From positions 124,001 to 188,000 of the forward strand of contig JAKMXF010000110.1 in the NCBI GenBank assembly GCA_024704765.1: a DNA stretch of 64,000 nucleotides, in the 5' to 3' direction. A model generated the notes under the pieces. The model was given only the letters and a program-made list of their open reading frames with translations. It was not told the origin of the DNA and made no database searches. Positions within the stretch are counted from its first letter, which is position 1, and each line of letters opens with the position of its first letter. Origin of the DNA: Oopsacas minuta (taxonomy: Eukaryota > Animalia > Porifera). The position numbers and the translations under genes were made by a program. Shown in pieces: positions 12,501 to 23,300 of the stretch.

Positions 12501-15500
12501 TATCCAGGGGGGAACATCACGTCACACAGAGGATGGATATAATCTAACTATTCACCGTATTCCTCATGGTAGGAATAACTCTGTTGCTGCTAAAGGAGTT
12601 GTGTACTTACAACATTGTCTCCTCTGTTCCAGTGCTGATTTCCTACTCAACCTACCATCTGAATCATTGGGATTTATGCTAGCAGACCAGGGATATGATG
12701 TTTGGATGGGTGAATATTATAATTTTAATTGGTTAATTAATTGATTGTGTGTATTAGGTGTACTTTTATATTTATGAAATATTCGTGGGAATTTCTATTC
12801 CAGATCTCACGTGACTCTCAAGCCCTCAGATCCAGATTTCTGGAAGTTCTCATTCGAAGAACACTCCCTCATAGATCTCCCAGCTAAGATAGACTATGTA
12901 CTGAATTACACAGGAAAGTTGCAGCTAAAATACATAGCTCATTCTCAAGGTACTTTTATTGGGTTTTTAGGATTCTCTTCTAACAAAGAACTTGCTTCTA
13001 AGATTAAGTTATTTGCAGCCATGGCTCCTGTATTATATGTAGGCCACATTAAAGGATTGGTTAAGTTTATTGCAGAAAACTACTAAGACTTAGATTTTCT
13101 ATCATGGTTGCTAGGTCTCCATGTATTATTACCTAGCGGTAAGCTTACTCATACTACTGCTGAGTTGTTTTGTGGAAAAATAGATGCTTTTATTTGTGAA
13201 GATGTAATTTTTGCAATCTGCGGTCCTGATCAAACAGGATTCAACAAATCTCGCCTTGTAGTTTACGTATCACACACCCCTGCAGGCACTTCTGTTCAAA
13301 ATATGCTGCATTGGGGACAAGCAGCATTAAGGAATAATGTTACACATTTTGACTATGGGAAGAAAGAGAATATGAAAAAATATAATCTACCCTATCCTCC
13401 AGCATATGATCCATTTAACATTCAAATACCTATTGCTCTATATCACGGGAAATACGACTGGTTAGTACAACCTAAGGATTATCAGCAATTAAGTGAATTA
13501 CCTAATATAGTGTATCAGAAAGAATTGGAAACTTTTGAACATTTAGACTTTATTTGGAGCATTCATGCAGCTAAACTAGTCTACTCTGATATCATCGAAT
13601 TGTTTGAAATGTATTAACTTGTTGTATATGTACTGTGTATATTTGTGAATTTTAATACAATTTAGTTTCTTAGAAAGCATTAATATTAATTGCATTCTAT
13701 ATTTTGCATTTTTCAGCGATCAGTTTGTGACACAAAAATAATTAAGAATTAAACTAAAATTGAATTTAATTGAGTGTCAGAATAACATGCTACGCATCTA
13801 TAAACAAGGATAATGTTATATTATTTTCTTATTTGATGTGTAATTATACTTTCACATATCTATCGCGTTTCGGATTAGGTACACGTTATTATTTAAGTAG
13901 ATTTTATAGCAATCAATATCTCAAATTTTAGAATATTGGCAGAAAGTTTACTGAGTATTTTTTTGATTAAACCAGCAGTTTAATTAAAAAAATTCTCAGT
14001 AAACATTATAATATAAGTTCAAGTTGAGTATAATACAAACATATCTTTGAGATATTGATTGCTATAAAATCTACTTAAATAATAACGTGTACCTAATCCG
14101 AAACGCGATAGATATGTGAAAGTATAATTACACATCAAATAAGAAAATAATATAACATTATCCTTGTTTATAGATGCGTAGCATGTTATTCTGACACTCA
14201 ATTAAATTCAATTTTAGTTTAATTCTTAATTATTTTTGTGTCACAAACTGATCGCTGAAAAATGCAAAATATAGAATGCAATTAATATTAATGCTTTCTA
14301 AGAAACTAAATTGTATTAAAATTCACAAATATACACAGTACATATACAACAAGTTAATACATTTCAAACAATTCGATGATATCAGAGTAGACTAGTTTAG
14401 CTGCATGAATGCTCCAAATGAAATATAAATGTTCAAAAGTTTCCAATTCTTTCTGATACACTATATTAGGTAATTTACTTAATTGCTGATAATCCTTAGG
14501 TTGTACTGTTGTATGAGGATTCAAGTACTTCTATTATAACAACCATGGATACTTCACAGCCATGTGGGTTTAACTACCTTCTATTTATGGCTTCATAACT
14601 GTATACTTCCTATTACACATCAACAATTATGTATATTTATTTTCTTGAATTATAATACTCTACGGGGGGAAAGCATGCTGTGTTCATAAAACAGCTTGAT
14701 TTTAAAATATATTGAACATAAGAAATCTGTTTGTTGTATTGCCTTAAATACTCTTTGCTAATGGTTTTTGTTCAAATCCCATAGCATTTATTCAGAGAAA
14801 GATCATATTGAAAATACGAAACAGTTTGTGTTGGTTGATAATAAAAGAATAGTTTGTATAATTATTGATGTGTAATAGGAAGTATACAATTATGAAGCCA
14901 TAAATAGAAGCTAGTTAAACCCTCATGGTTGTTATAATAGAAGTACTTGAATCCTCATACAACAGGTCAAAGTCCATGTATCGACCATATGGGAGGGATA
15001 TGAGAAAACTTACAATTGTCTCGTAGATCTCTACAGGTCTGTGGAGCCCAGAATTGAGTGAAAATGAAACTATCAAACGAGTTATAGCTCAGAGTTTCAA
15101 TTAAGGATGCGGTGAAGAGGATACAAATCAGAAAGAGATATATACCATGCATTGAATCGTAAAGTTTATGCAAATAAAATGATTTATCCATTGTGTAGTG
15201 TATACAATGAGATGATAATTATTACAATAGAGATTTGCATGAGTTCTTTCCAACAGCATTTAACATAAACTGAGAGGAAATATAATAATTGGTTCATTTT
15301 TCTAATCATGGGGTATTTTGGGTATATATTTAATCTTTGGAGGTAGGAAAGACTATATAGCAAACATGGGTATTGGAGAACAAGGTATATTATTGGATGT
15401 CAGTACAATTCCTAGTGATAAAATAATTCTTGATACAGATTAAGGTTGTATACTTGTTCATAATACAGCATAACTATACATTGCGGATATTTCAGCCAAC

Positions 15501-17195
15501 GAATCGTAAGATCCATATATGTATATAGGTCAACCTGACCAATTGAATAATACATGCTACGAACCTTACTTCAAAAGTTTATAGGATATGAATATGTTGC
15601 GTTACCTGACAGCGGATACCAAGAAAATAATTTGAAAGTAAATAGAATAATCCAAACCTTAAACTCCTCGCGGATGATATGAATAGTAGAGAGCATGGCT
15701 GTCTCAGCTAGCTCTTCAGGACTGAAAGGTTTATCATTTAGTACTCCACTAGCTATGCAGAGACATGTAGCAGCTGGAACTTTAAAGGAATATAGCTCTT
15801 CACGCTGATCAGCAAATAATATGCTAAGATATCTACAAATGGTATAAACTAATGCGCTTCTTAGGAGCAGCCCGTGAATCTGGCATAACCCGGGGCTAGA
15901 ATTTCAAACCAGAGCAAAATCTTTATTTTTTGATAATCTATCACAGGTCGACAGGAAGACGGGCCAGGCAGGGGTACAAAAATCTTAACCTGGGGCCAAA
16001 GTCCCGTTTGCCCCTATAGGACTAATGGCGCTTCTCTTAATGGTATGGTAGCTTATAGCTTATTAATGTCGTTTTACAATGCTAGGTACTTACTATCTAA
16101 ACATGCTGCATAAAGCTCACAAATCTCGAAACAAATTAACTAAATTTACCAAAAAAACATGATATATTCAATATATCATTAGAATGCAATATATTATATT
16201 GGTGCATTCTAATGATAATACAGAAACGCGTATACAATTATTCATTGGATAAACTTGCCAGTAATTCTCTACAAACAAGAAAGTAGTGTAATTAGAATTT
16301 TCGAGAGCCAAAAGCTAAGTTACAACTAAAAAACAATTAAAGAAATTTAATGTTTGATGAAATGGATTAAACTGAATGCGACAAAGGATTAAACTACATT
16401 TCAGTTATATAATAGATAGATAACTATTAATATAAATGGGTTATCTACCTGTCATATAGAGCAACAGCTAACTGAAACACATCATAATAGCAACACTTCC
16501 TAGTCTCTTCTTCAGGATGCATCAGATGCTGAGCTGTATCAAACATCCATCCCACATTATCAAGTCTATGTCCACTCAGTTTAGAGTTGTAGTGTACTCT
16601 ACTGATAAAGTTAGCCCCCTCTGGGGTAGAGGATAAGAAGCTCTCGCTGTCTAGTAGGATCTGAATTGCTTCTGGCTACAATAGGATTATATCATATAAA
16701 TATCAGCATTTGTTACTTACATTCATTGTAGAAAAATTTTGCATTGGAATTTAGTTGCAGCAAGGCAAAAGCAAGCTCGGATAAGTCGTCCCCTTGCGGA
16801 AACAAAATCTTATCCGAGTTCTAGTGTACTATACACTCATGAAAAATTCAATATACTTTATAACTCATGAACTTTTCCCCAGCTTTGACTGGATATGTAA
16901 CAGGATTAACATTGTCAAGAGACACAGACTTAAATGAAGTATCTCTTGACACAACTTCCTCAGTACAATCATCTACTGCATGTGTAACAGCTGACTTAGA
17001 ATCAGTCCAGCTATCAACACCTTCTCGTGGGGTAGTGGAGATACAGATGTCTTCTCCAAAAGGATTACAACCTAGACTGTCATTACTCCAGATAAGAGAG
17101 TCAATGGAATTTTGTGTGCTGGTTGTACGAGATGATTCACTCCAGCTGACGTCATCACAATATGAGGGAGTAGGATAACGAGATGCTCCTGACAT
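9537..17195 (-). CDS. Divergent cyclin (closest to cyclin D by my manual comparison), 376 aa. Exons 17195-16857, 16675-16449, 15823-15658, 10005-9778, 9707-9537
   Basis: All four introns are GT-AG and frame-consistent (1131 nt). The spliced product reads HRLDNVGWMFDTAQHL..DVFQLAVALYDSIL..FKVPAATCLCIASGV..PFSPEEL..IREEFK|VAKKLGWEYSKLSTPMEFIEY..FLDVPYSIIGLACI, collinear with cyclin D1 [76 protein letters not shown]. The start codon is uncertain. Confidence 0.82.
12355..13617 (+). pseudogene. Lysosomal/gastric acid lipase (LIPA/LIPF family) pseudogene, nested antisense in cyclin intron 3
   Basis: Signal peptide, RDPEVHMNV, TEDGYNLTIHRIPHG, YLQHCLL, ADQGYDVWMG, nucleophile YIAHSQG, catalytic GKYDW and FEHLDFIW. 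Lesions: TAG at 12480-12482, TAA at 13084-13086, three apparent 1-bp deletions (~12443, G-run ~12510, ~12524), and an apparently lost AG acceptor near 12775. Confidence 0.9.
13464..14507. repeat. Long inverted repeat: arms 13464-13925 and 14046-14507 (462 bp each), 120-bp spacer
   Basis: The right arm is the reverse complement of the lipase 3' CDS and downstream flank. By eye I count 4 mismatches, all in the outer ~95 bp. Confidence 0.97.
13946..14004. repeat. Small hairpin inside the spacer of the long inverted repeat
   Basis: gtttactgagtatttttttgattaaac-cagca-gtttaattaaaaaaattctcagtaaac: 27-bp arms, 2 mismatches. Confidence 0.85.
14506..14965. repeat. Second inverted repeat: arms 14506-14630 and 14858-14965
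   Basis: Arms are near-identical apart from 17 extra bp in the left arm (gatacttcacagccatg, bounded by a ccatg direct repeat). It shares a 2-nt overlap (ct, 14506-14507) with the end of the first inverted repeat. Confidence 0.92.
14858..15152 (-). pseudogene. RNASET2: Ribonuclease T2 pseudogene fragment inside cyclin intron 3
   Basis: From ATG 15152: signal peptide MHGIYLFLICILFTASLIETLS, then FDSFIFTQFWAPQTC..C..IPPIWSIHGL*P, the CAS I motif (W/F-T-I-H-G-L-W-P) with TGG changed to TGA at 14969-14967. Downstream sequence is degraded, with only a weak echo of CAS II. Confidence 0.8.
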
Positions 17196-17316
17196 TCCAG
17201 AAGAAGTACAGTTAATAACTAACTGTACTGAAGGAAGAATTACATAGTGTTAATACCTGTTCAGTGGCTCCAGTCAACATACTTACAAAATATTTTGAAC
17301 AAGTTTAAAACAGTTG

Positions 17317-17479
17317 CAATGGAACCTCGTTAATATGAACACCAACGGTAAAAATTTGAACACATTATCCGGAGTCATATGAATTGAATTACCATTGTAG
17401 GGAGCTGATTTTGTGTAATATTCGTTCGTCTTATCCGGAATTTCGTATTAATCGTGTTTGTATTAACGAGGTTCCACTG
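17317..17479. mobile_element. Tc1/mariner-pogo-type MITE, family B
   Basis: TIRs caatggaacctcgttaata / tattaacgaggttccactg followed by TA; internal sequence shared with 31741-31921. Confidence 0.7.
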
Positions 17480-17555
17480 TATTTAAGTCAACGTAAGTAT
17501 TTACACTGTGTTTATTGAAAAGTGATAAAATATTCTACACATTAGTTAGTAGAGC

Positions 17556-18677
17556 TCAAACTACGCTTATCTTTTGTTCATTTACTACAGAATCAATAAA
17601 TGTATCTTGAATACCATAATTTTGAATCTTTCTTGATAAAATTACAGATCCTCCTAAACATACATCTCCCAAGTAAAATACAGCAACTTGTCCTGGCGTA
17701 ACAGCGCGAATGGAATCAAACAGACATTCCACATGTACCTTATCATCTCCATACATACTCAGTATACAGTAAGTTGCATCAGATGTGTAGCGAGTCATTA
17801 CAGTACACAAAATTGGAAAATCTTCAATTATTATCCAACTAGGAAATTCTATAGTGAAACTATCCGAATACATTGCTGGATGGTTATAATCATATACAAC
17901 GTAAATACTGTTACTCACAGCATCTTTAGCTACAACATACATTCCTTTGTGGTGTCCTTGTAACCTAGCTCTCTGTCCTATGGTATAGAACTGATATCCT
18001 ATATGTGTCCCCACATACACGTTTTCAAGAGAAAATGCACTTCCAGGATTATATGGAATATATTGTGATAGAAATCGATGGAATTTTTTCCGTTTTCCGA
18101 CAAAACATAACCCCATACTTTCCTTACGTGCTAGTATAGGATTGAAGTTCTCTTCTCTTGCAATTTGCAATACCTCACTTTTTAACATATTTCCTACAGG
18201 AAATAATACTTTAGAGAATGCTAATGGATCTGTTAGTGATAGAAAATATGACTGATCTTTGGTAGGGTCTTTACCCTTTATCAATTTAACTCCATCCATA
18301 CGTGCGTAATGCCCTGTAGCTAAATAGCTAGCAGAGAACACTGGCAATTGTTTCATGAGGAAATTAAATTTTATATATTTATTGCAAAGGACATCTGCGT
18401 TTGGTGTATGTCCATGGTTATAACTGGCTAAGTATGGTTGGAATACATAATTCCAGTATTCTGCAGTGAAATCAATAACTGAGTATTCAATCCCAATCTT
18501 GTGGCACACCCAGTCTACGTCACGAAAATCTTTTTCATACGAGCATTCAACTCCTTCTTCTCCGTGATCCCAGTTTTTCATCAACACACCGTGTACATCG
18601 TAACCTTGTCTCTTCAATAGTAACGCACTGACTGAGGAATCAATTCCCCCTGACATAGCCATTAGTACTCGTTTCAT
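17556..18677 (-). CDS. TRMU: Mitochondrial tRNA-specific 2-thiouridylase (MnmA/TRMU)
   Basis: PP-loop AMSGGIDS, MKNW, DVLCNKYIKF, ATGHYA, KDQSYFL, ESMGLCFVG, YTIGQR, PGQVAVFY..CLGG. Confidence 0.97.
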   Translation of the reverse strand: MKRVLMAMSGGIDSSVSALLLKRQGYDVHGVLMKNWDHGEEGVECSYEKDFRDVDWVCHKIGIEYSVIDFTAEYWNYVFQPYLASYNHGHTPNADVLCNKYIKFNFLMKQLPVFSASYLATGHYARMDGVKLIKGKDPTKDQSYFLSLTDPLAFSKVLFPVGNMLKSEVLQIAREENFNPILARKESMGLCFVGKRKKFHRFLSQYIPYNPGSAFSLENVYVGTHIGYQFYTIGQRARLQGHHKGMYVVAKDAVSNSIYVVYDYNHPAMYSDSFTIEFPSWIIIEDFPILCTVMTRYTSDATYCILSMYGDDKVHVECLFDSIRAVTPGQVAVFYLGDVCLGGSVILSRKIQNYGIQDTFIDSVVNEQKISVV

Positions 18678-19096
18678 TTTACTATTTCAATAATATATCA
18701 TTACAAGTAAGGAATATTTGCTGTTTGGTAAACGAACAATACAACCTTTTAATACTAGAAAATAATATTAAATTCAAGAGCTTATAAATGTACGTACATA
18801 GGTTACAATTTGAGGTGTGTGGATCGATTACTTAATGATGCCTATATAATTTTGGCCCTAGTAAATATTATAATTATTAAACTATAGGCTTAAAATATGC
18901 AAAATTCAATTATAACGCAATTATTAAGCAAGAAATATAGAAAATTAGTCAGAACTTTGATATTCATTTAAATGATGAATTAATGATGCGTACACGAATA
19001 ATATTATTATCGAAAGGAAATTAATTAAGACGAACGCTATGTACATACTAAATCACAACGAAATCTATTGAAATCATTAACATATATTGATGGAGT

Positions 19097-19813
19097 CTAA
19101 GATGTAACGAAGCCTTTATTAGTCGAATCAGGAGAATTACAGGTGGAATTCGTAATGAGAGACTCAGAGTATTGAGAAGTTACTAATGATGGATGAACCA
19201 AGTGTTCATTAGATATAAACATATTTGAAGGGCTAAATGTAGAACAATCAGTAGTAGATGTCTCTGAGGTGCGATGTATTGTCTCCTGGAAAGGTCGGGG
19301 GTCAACCAAATGATGGATATCTTGCTGACTAACGCTCAATAGTACCTCAGAAAAATTAGAGTCCATTGAGGGAGGAGGAACCACTACATCTGAAGCATCA
19401 TAGTCATAACTATCCCTCACCAATGAAGTATTTGTTATATCTGATGCTATATCGTCAGTATTAATGTTATTTATTGAACTGGATGTGTATATAGATTGGG
19501 GAGCAATGAAATACTGTTGAGGCTCTTTACCATAATATAATAATCTGCTGTTTTCTATATCACCATTACAGGAGGATATCTTGTAACACATTATGTAGAA
19601 AGAAATACAAATGAGTAATGTTATGGTGCAGATTAGGAGTATGATAACAAATATGAGTGCGAAAATAATGTAATACAACGAAAAATCATCCATATTGGCA
19701 CGCATGAGAGAGCTAATGAGTTGTTGATGAGTATGGCTTGAGAGAGTGGGTTGAGGTTGAACAAGAAACTTGATAACTCCATCTCTATAAATTGTGAGAG
19801 CATATATTTTCAT
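19097..19813 (-). CDS. Truncated LRP5/6-like paralogue: transmembrane helix and cytoplasmic tail only (candidate ATGs 19813, 19705, 19693); could be a pseudogene
   Basis: TM YYIIFALIFVIILLICTITLLICISFYIM. The tail ITNTSLVRDSYDY..VVVPPPSMDSNFSEVLLSVSQQDI matches the neighbour's VTDTSLVRDNFDY..VRVPPPSVVSNYSENLLSVSQQDI. A frameshifted LDLa relic lies at the 5' end (19849-19872 ggaattgatcactacttcaaagta ~ 21280-21308). Confidence 0.7.
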   Translation of the reverse strand: MKIYALTIYRDGVIKFLVQPQPTLSSHTHQQLISSLMRANMDDFSLYYIIFALIFVIILLICTITLLICISFYIMCYKISSCNGDIENSRLLYYGKEPQQYFIAPQSIYTSSSINNINTDDIASDITNTSLVRDSYDYDASDVVVPPPSMDSNFSEVLLSVSQQDIHHLVDPRPFQETIHRTSETSTTDCSTFSPSNMFISNEHLVHPSLVTSQYSESLITNSTCNSPDSTNKGFVTS

Positions 19814-20356
19814 AAAGAAACAAACATTCCATCATGTTATTACTACTGGAATTGATCACTACTTCAAAGTATAATAGGATGCTATAGCCATTTTAAAGTA
19901 CTATGATGTACACTCAATATAGCTTATCCGAACTGATAATGCAACTATCTACTATCACAAGTTATTAGTGTCATCAATCCAAGAGAAAACTGTAATTAGA
20001 ATGATTACGTATAGACAATAATCTTTCTGCAACTTAATTAGACTGTTTACAGCACTCAATTTATAGTTTGGGCATATTCTGCTTATGAAGTTAGGTAACT
20101 CTTGGATAGAAGAGCTCTCTAGCATTCAAATCTTATCTACGTATATTTATAATAAATGTATTTAATGTATATTTTAATAGAATTTACAAAAATAGTATGT
20201 AATTGAGTCTATAAATAGAATACAGAATCAACCCAATAAAAATATAATTTGATGTCGCAGAGAAAACTATCATTGACTTCAATAGCTAAAGTGTATTGTT
20301 GAAGATTGAAAATCGATAATGATGGAGCACTTCGTGGAACTGTTCTTAAGATGTGA

Positions 20357-23300
20357 TTAATGATGGAACACTTCGTGGAATTGTTCTTGAGATTTGGAAT
20401 TTGTGATTAGTGTATAATGAGAAGAGACGGAAGATGGAAATCGGAACATATGAGTACGTTTAGGAGAGCAGTCAATAGAAGAAATAATATACGAAATCTC
20501 CGAGTTGGGATGTGCGTAATCAAAGAAAGGCTGGCTAGATGATTTAGTAATGTGTGACGTCAGGTCTGAAGAGTTTGACTCTATAACGTGTGGTATGTCT
20601 TGCTGGCTAACAGATAAAAGATTTTCTGAGTAATTACTGACAACTGAAGGAGGAGGAACTCTCACATCAAATGCTTTCTCGTAATCGAAATTATCCCGTA
20701 CGAGAGAGGTATCTGTCACGTTAGAAACTAAATCTACAGTTTTGATATCAAACGAACCTGAGCCGTATACAGGATCTTGAGAAAGGGGAGATTGAAATTC
20801 TAAATGTGGCTGAATTCTAGGGAAGAAGTTTAGGGAGCATGTCCCGATTATAGAACTTGGGGTTCTAAGATGTAGATGTTTAGGTGGTTCAATGGGCTTG
20901 ATGATCGGACAAGTGCTCTCAAAAGAACGAACCTCAAGCTCAGAGGATGGATTACTGTTATTCTCAACATCACGGATAGAAGGAATATTGTAAGTCTTAC
21001 GACGGTAATATGGACGCATCAACCACAAGGATATACACGTAACTAATGGGAACATGCAGACCAAAATTATGATAATAACTGCGAGAGCGATTATTACGTA
21101 AAATAATAATATGTTGTCCTTCGTGTCAATACTGCTTGTGCTACTAACTGTAGAAGCTGTTGATGAGAGAAAAGTACTGCTTGAGTTTATACAAGAACTC
21201 TCATCTGAATCATCTATACAATCAGAAATGTTATCACATATATTATCTTTAGAAATACAAATTCCATTACTGATGCACTGGAATTGATCACTATTACACT
21301 TCAAAGTACAGTTTATTTCATCTGAACCATCAATACAATCCTGTATGCCATCACATCGCCAGATGACGTCACTACACTCTTCACCAGGGCTACAAGCTAT
21401 TTCTACGTAAGGACATGAGTTAGGCCTACAACTCATGCTAACTGTATCAAATCTTGTATATAATGGACATGTGCATTGACCTGAGTCATTTCCATTCACA
21501 CAAATACCCCGACAACCACTCATGATACATTGGTGTGTACTGTGATGGATTTCAGGGTCTATAGTGTGTCCTATCATATCGTATATACTCCCTACACGGT
21601 CTACATCAGTAGAACTGGTAGATCTAGTGTATATATTGTAGTAATGGAATCTTGTCTTTATCGGGTCAGTGAATTTCTCCCACCAAACTATCTCATCACC
21701 TGTAATAGCAATCTTCATATCAGTTAATTCTCGTAAAGTAACGTTACTAATCTTGGGTAGAGAGTGGATAATAGAAACTTGTTGTGTGGTGAAATTATAC
21801 AGAGCTATCTCTCGCTTATCATAATCATACCAGAATAACGTATTATGTCTGTGACTATAGACTAGAGATGATGGTCGAGATACATAATCTGAGTTCACTA
21901 TAATCTCTGAATTGTTTCCATCTATGTTAATAGAGCTTATAGAAGGAGTGCTAGACCAATCTGAGAAGAATATTCTACTCGTAGTTGGGTCGGCTGCTAG
22001 GGCACGAGGTTGAAATGTGGTGTTATAGAATAAATATCCTGATAGTGTATTATCTAAACGGGTAAACTCGATAGAATTTCCATCTGTACGTGTCCACATT
22101 GCTAACTTCCCAACCCAATCAATCTGGAAACTAAATAGTTGTGATTCCACAGTGCTAACGTTAGCTATTGTTTTAGGAAACATTTCTCCTCTATTCAGGC
22201 CAAATGACATAATAACACTGTTATTAGAAGACACATGATTAACCCAGTATACTGTGTTATCTAACTGATCAAATGAGATATATTGTGTGTTATATAGAGT
22301 ACCTACAGGTATTGCTTCATCCATGACGTGTGGATGTTTATTGAGAGCAAGAATATAGAATTCTGTCAGAACTATTAGATAAGTTTTACGGAGTTCACAA
22401 TTTCTCTGATCACTAGATAGCTTCATATGGACTGGACACTCACATACATAATTCTGCACATCACCTACTGAATTAGGTTTACCTAGTAAACACAGGTGTG
22501 AACAACCGCCATTATTAACTGCACAAATATGTTGAATAGGTTGAGTAGACATGTGAGACAAGTGGAGAGCACCTGGCTTGCTAATGGGCAAAGTGATTAA
22601 TTTCTCAAATTGCCCTGAAGGTAGATAATGTTTCTGTAAGAAGTGTGTATCAGGACTTGATGGGAAAGAAGCTACTGAGAAGAATTTATCTGAGCTAACT
22701 GCTATATGCTGTATATCTGTGCTGAAGTCAAGGAGATATGAGCTATCTGTACAATCTGGTAGTGAACATTGCAGTACTGTAGGCAGCCATTGATTTTCTA
22801 TTGAAGCGTTCCTAGCCCAGTATAATACATTAGTATTAGCGTTAACACTCAATGCAACAGCTGATCCTCTTACATTAACTAGTGACTTCACATTCCCAGT
22901 ATTCCCATACATTGACATAATGCTATGAGGTGATGCACTGGTACTGTAGTAAATCTCTCCTGATCTAGGGTTAGTTGCTAGGGTAAATGGAATGCTATTT
23001 CTGGAATGTAGTAATACTTTTTGTAACGAACCATCTTCAGTTGATACACCTAGGAGTCCAGTAGAATTGTCTGACCAATATAGGTTTCTTGTAAGAGCAT
23101 CAAACGATAGCCCCTGTATAGAATTGTACCCCTCGAGTACAGTTTGCTTATCACCTCCTTCTCTATGAATACGACCTACCACGCCCTCATGTGTGTTACT
23201 CCAGTACACTATTCCCTCTCTTACATCACTTGAAACAGCTGATACGGTTGCATTAACTTCTGAACGAATTCTAATATCTAAAGAAGATGTTTCCCTGAAG

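Noticed and set aside
15412-15564. Open stretch VRSMYYSIGQVDLYTYMDL.. first considered as cyclin exon 4
   Set aside because: Weak AAG acceptor and it would truncate the protein; the exon at 10005-9778 fits the cyclin consensus much better and leads to a complete second fold.
18380-18420. TRMU motif PNAD instead of PNPD
   Set aside because: Single substitution; catalytic Cys and Asp residues are intact, so nothing suggests altered function.
20317-20393. ~36-bp direct repeat duplicating the last LRP codons just past the stop
   Set aside because: Real but a trivial local tandem duplication with no coding consequence.
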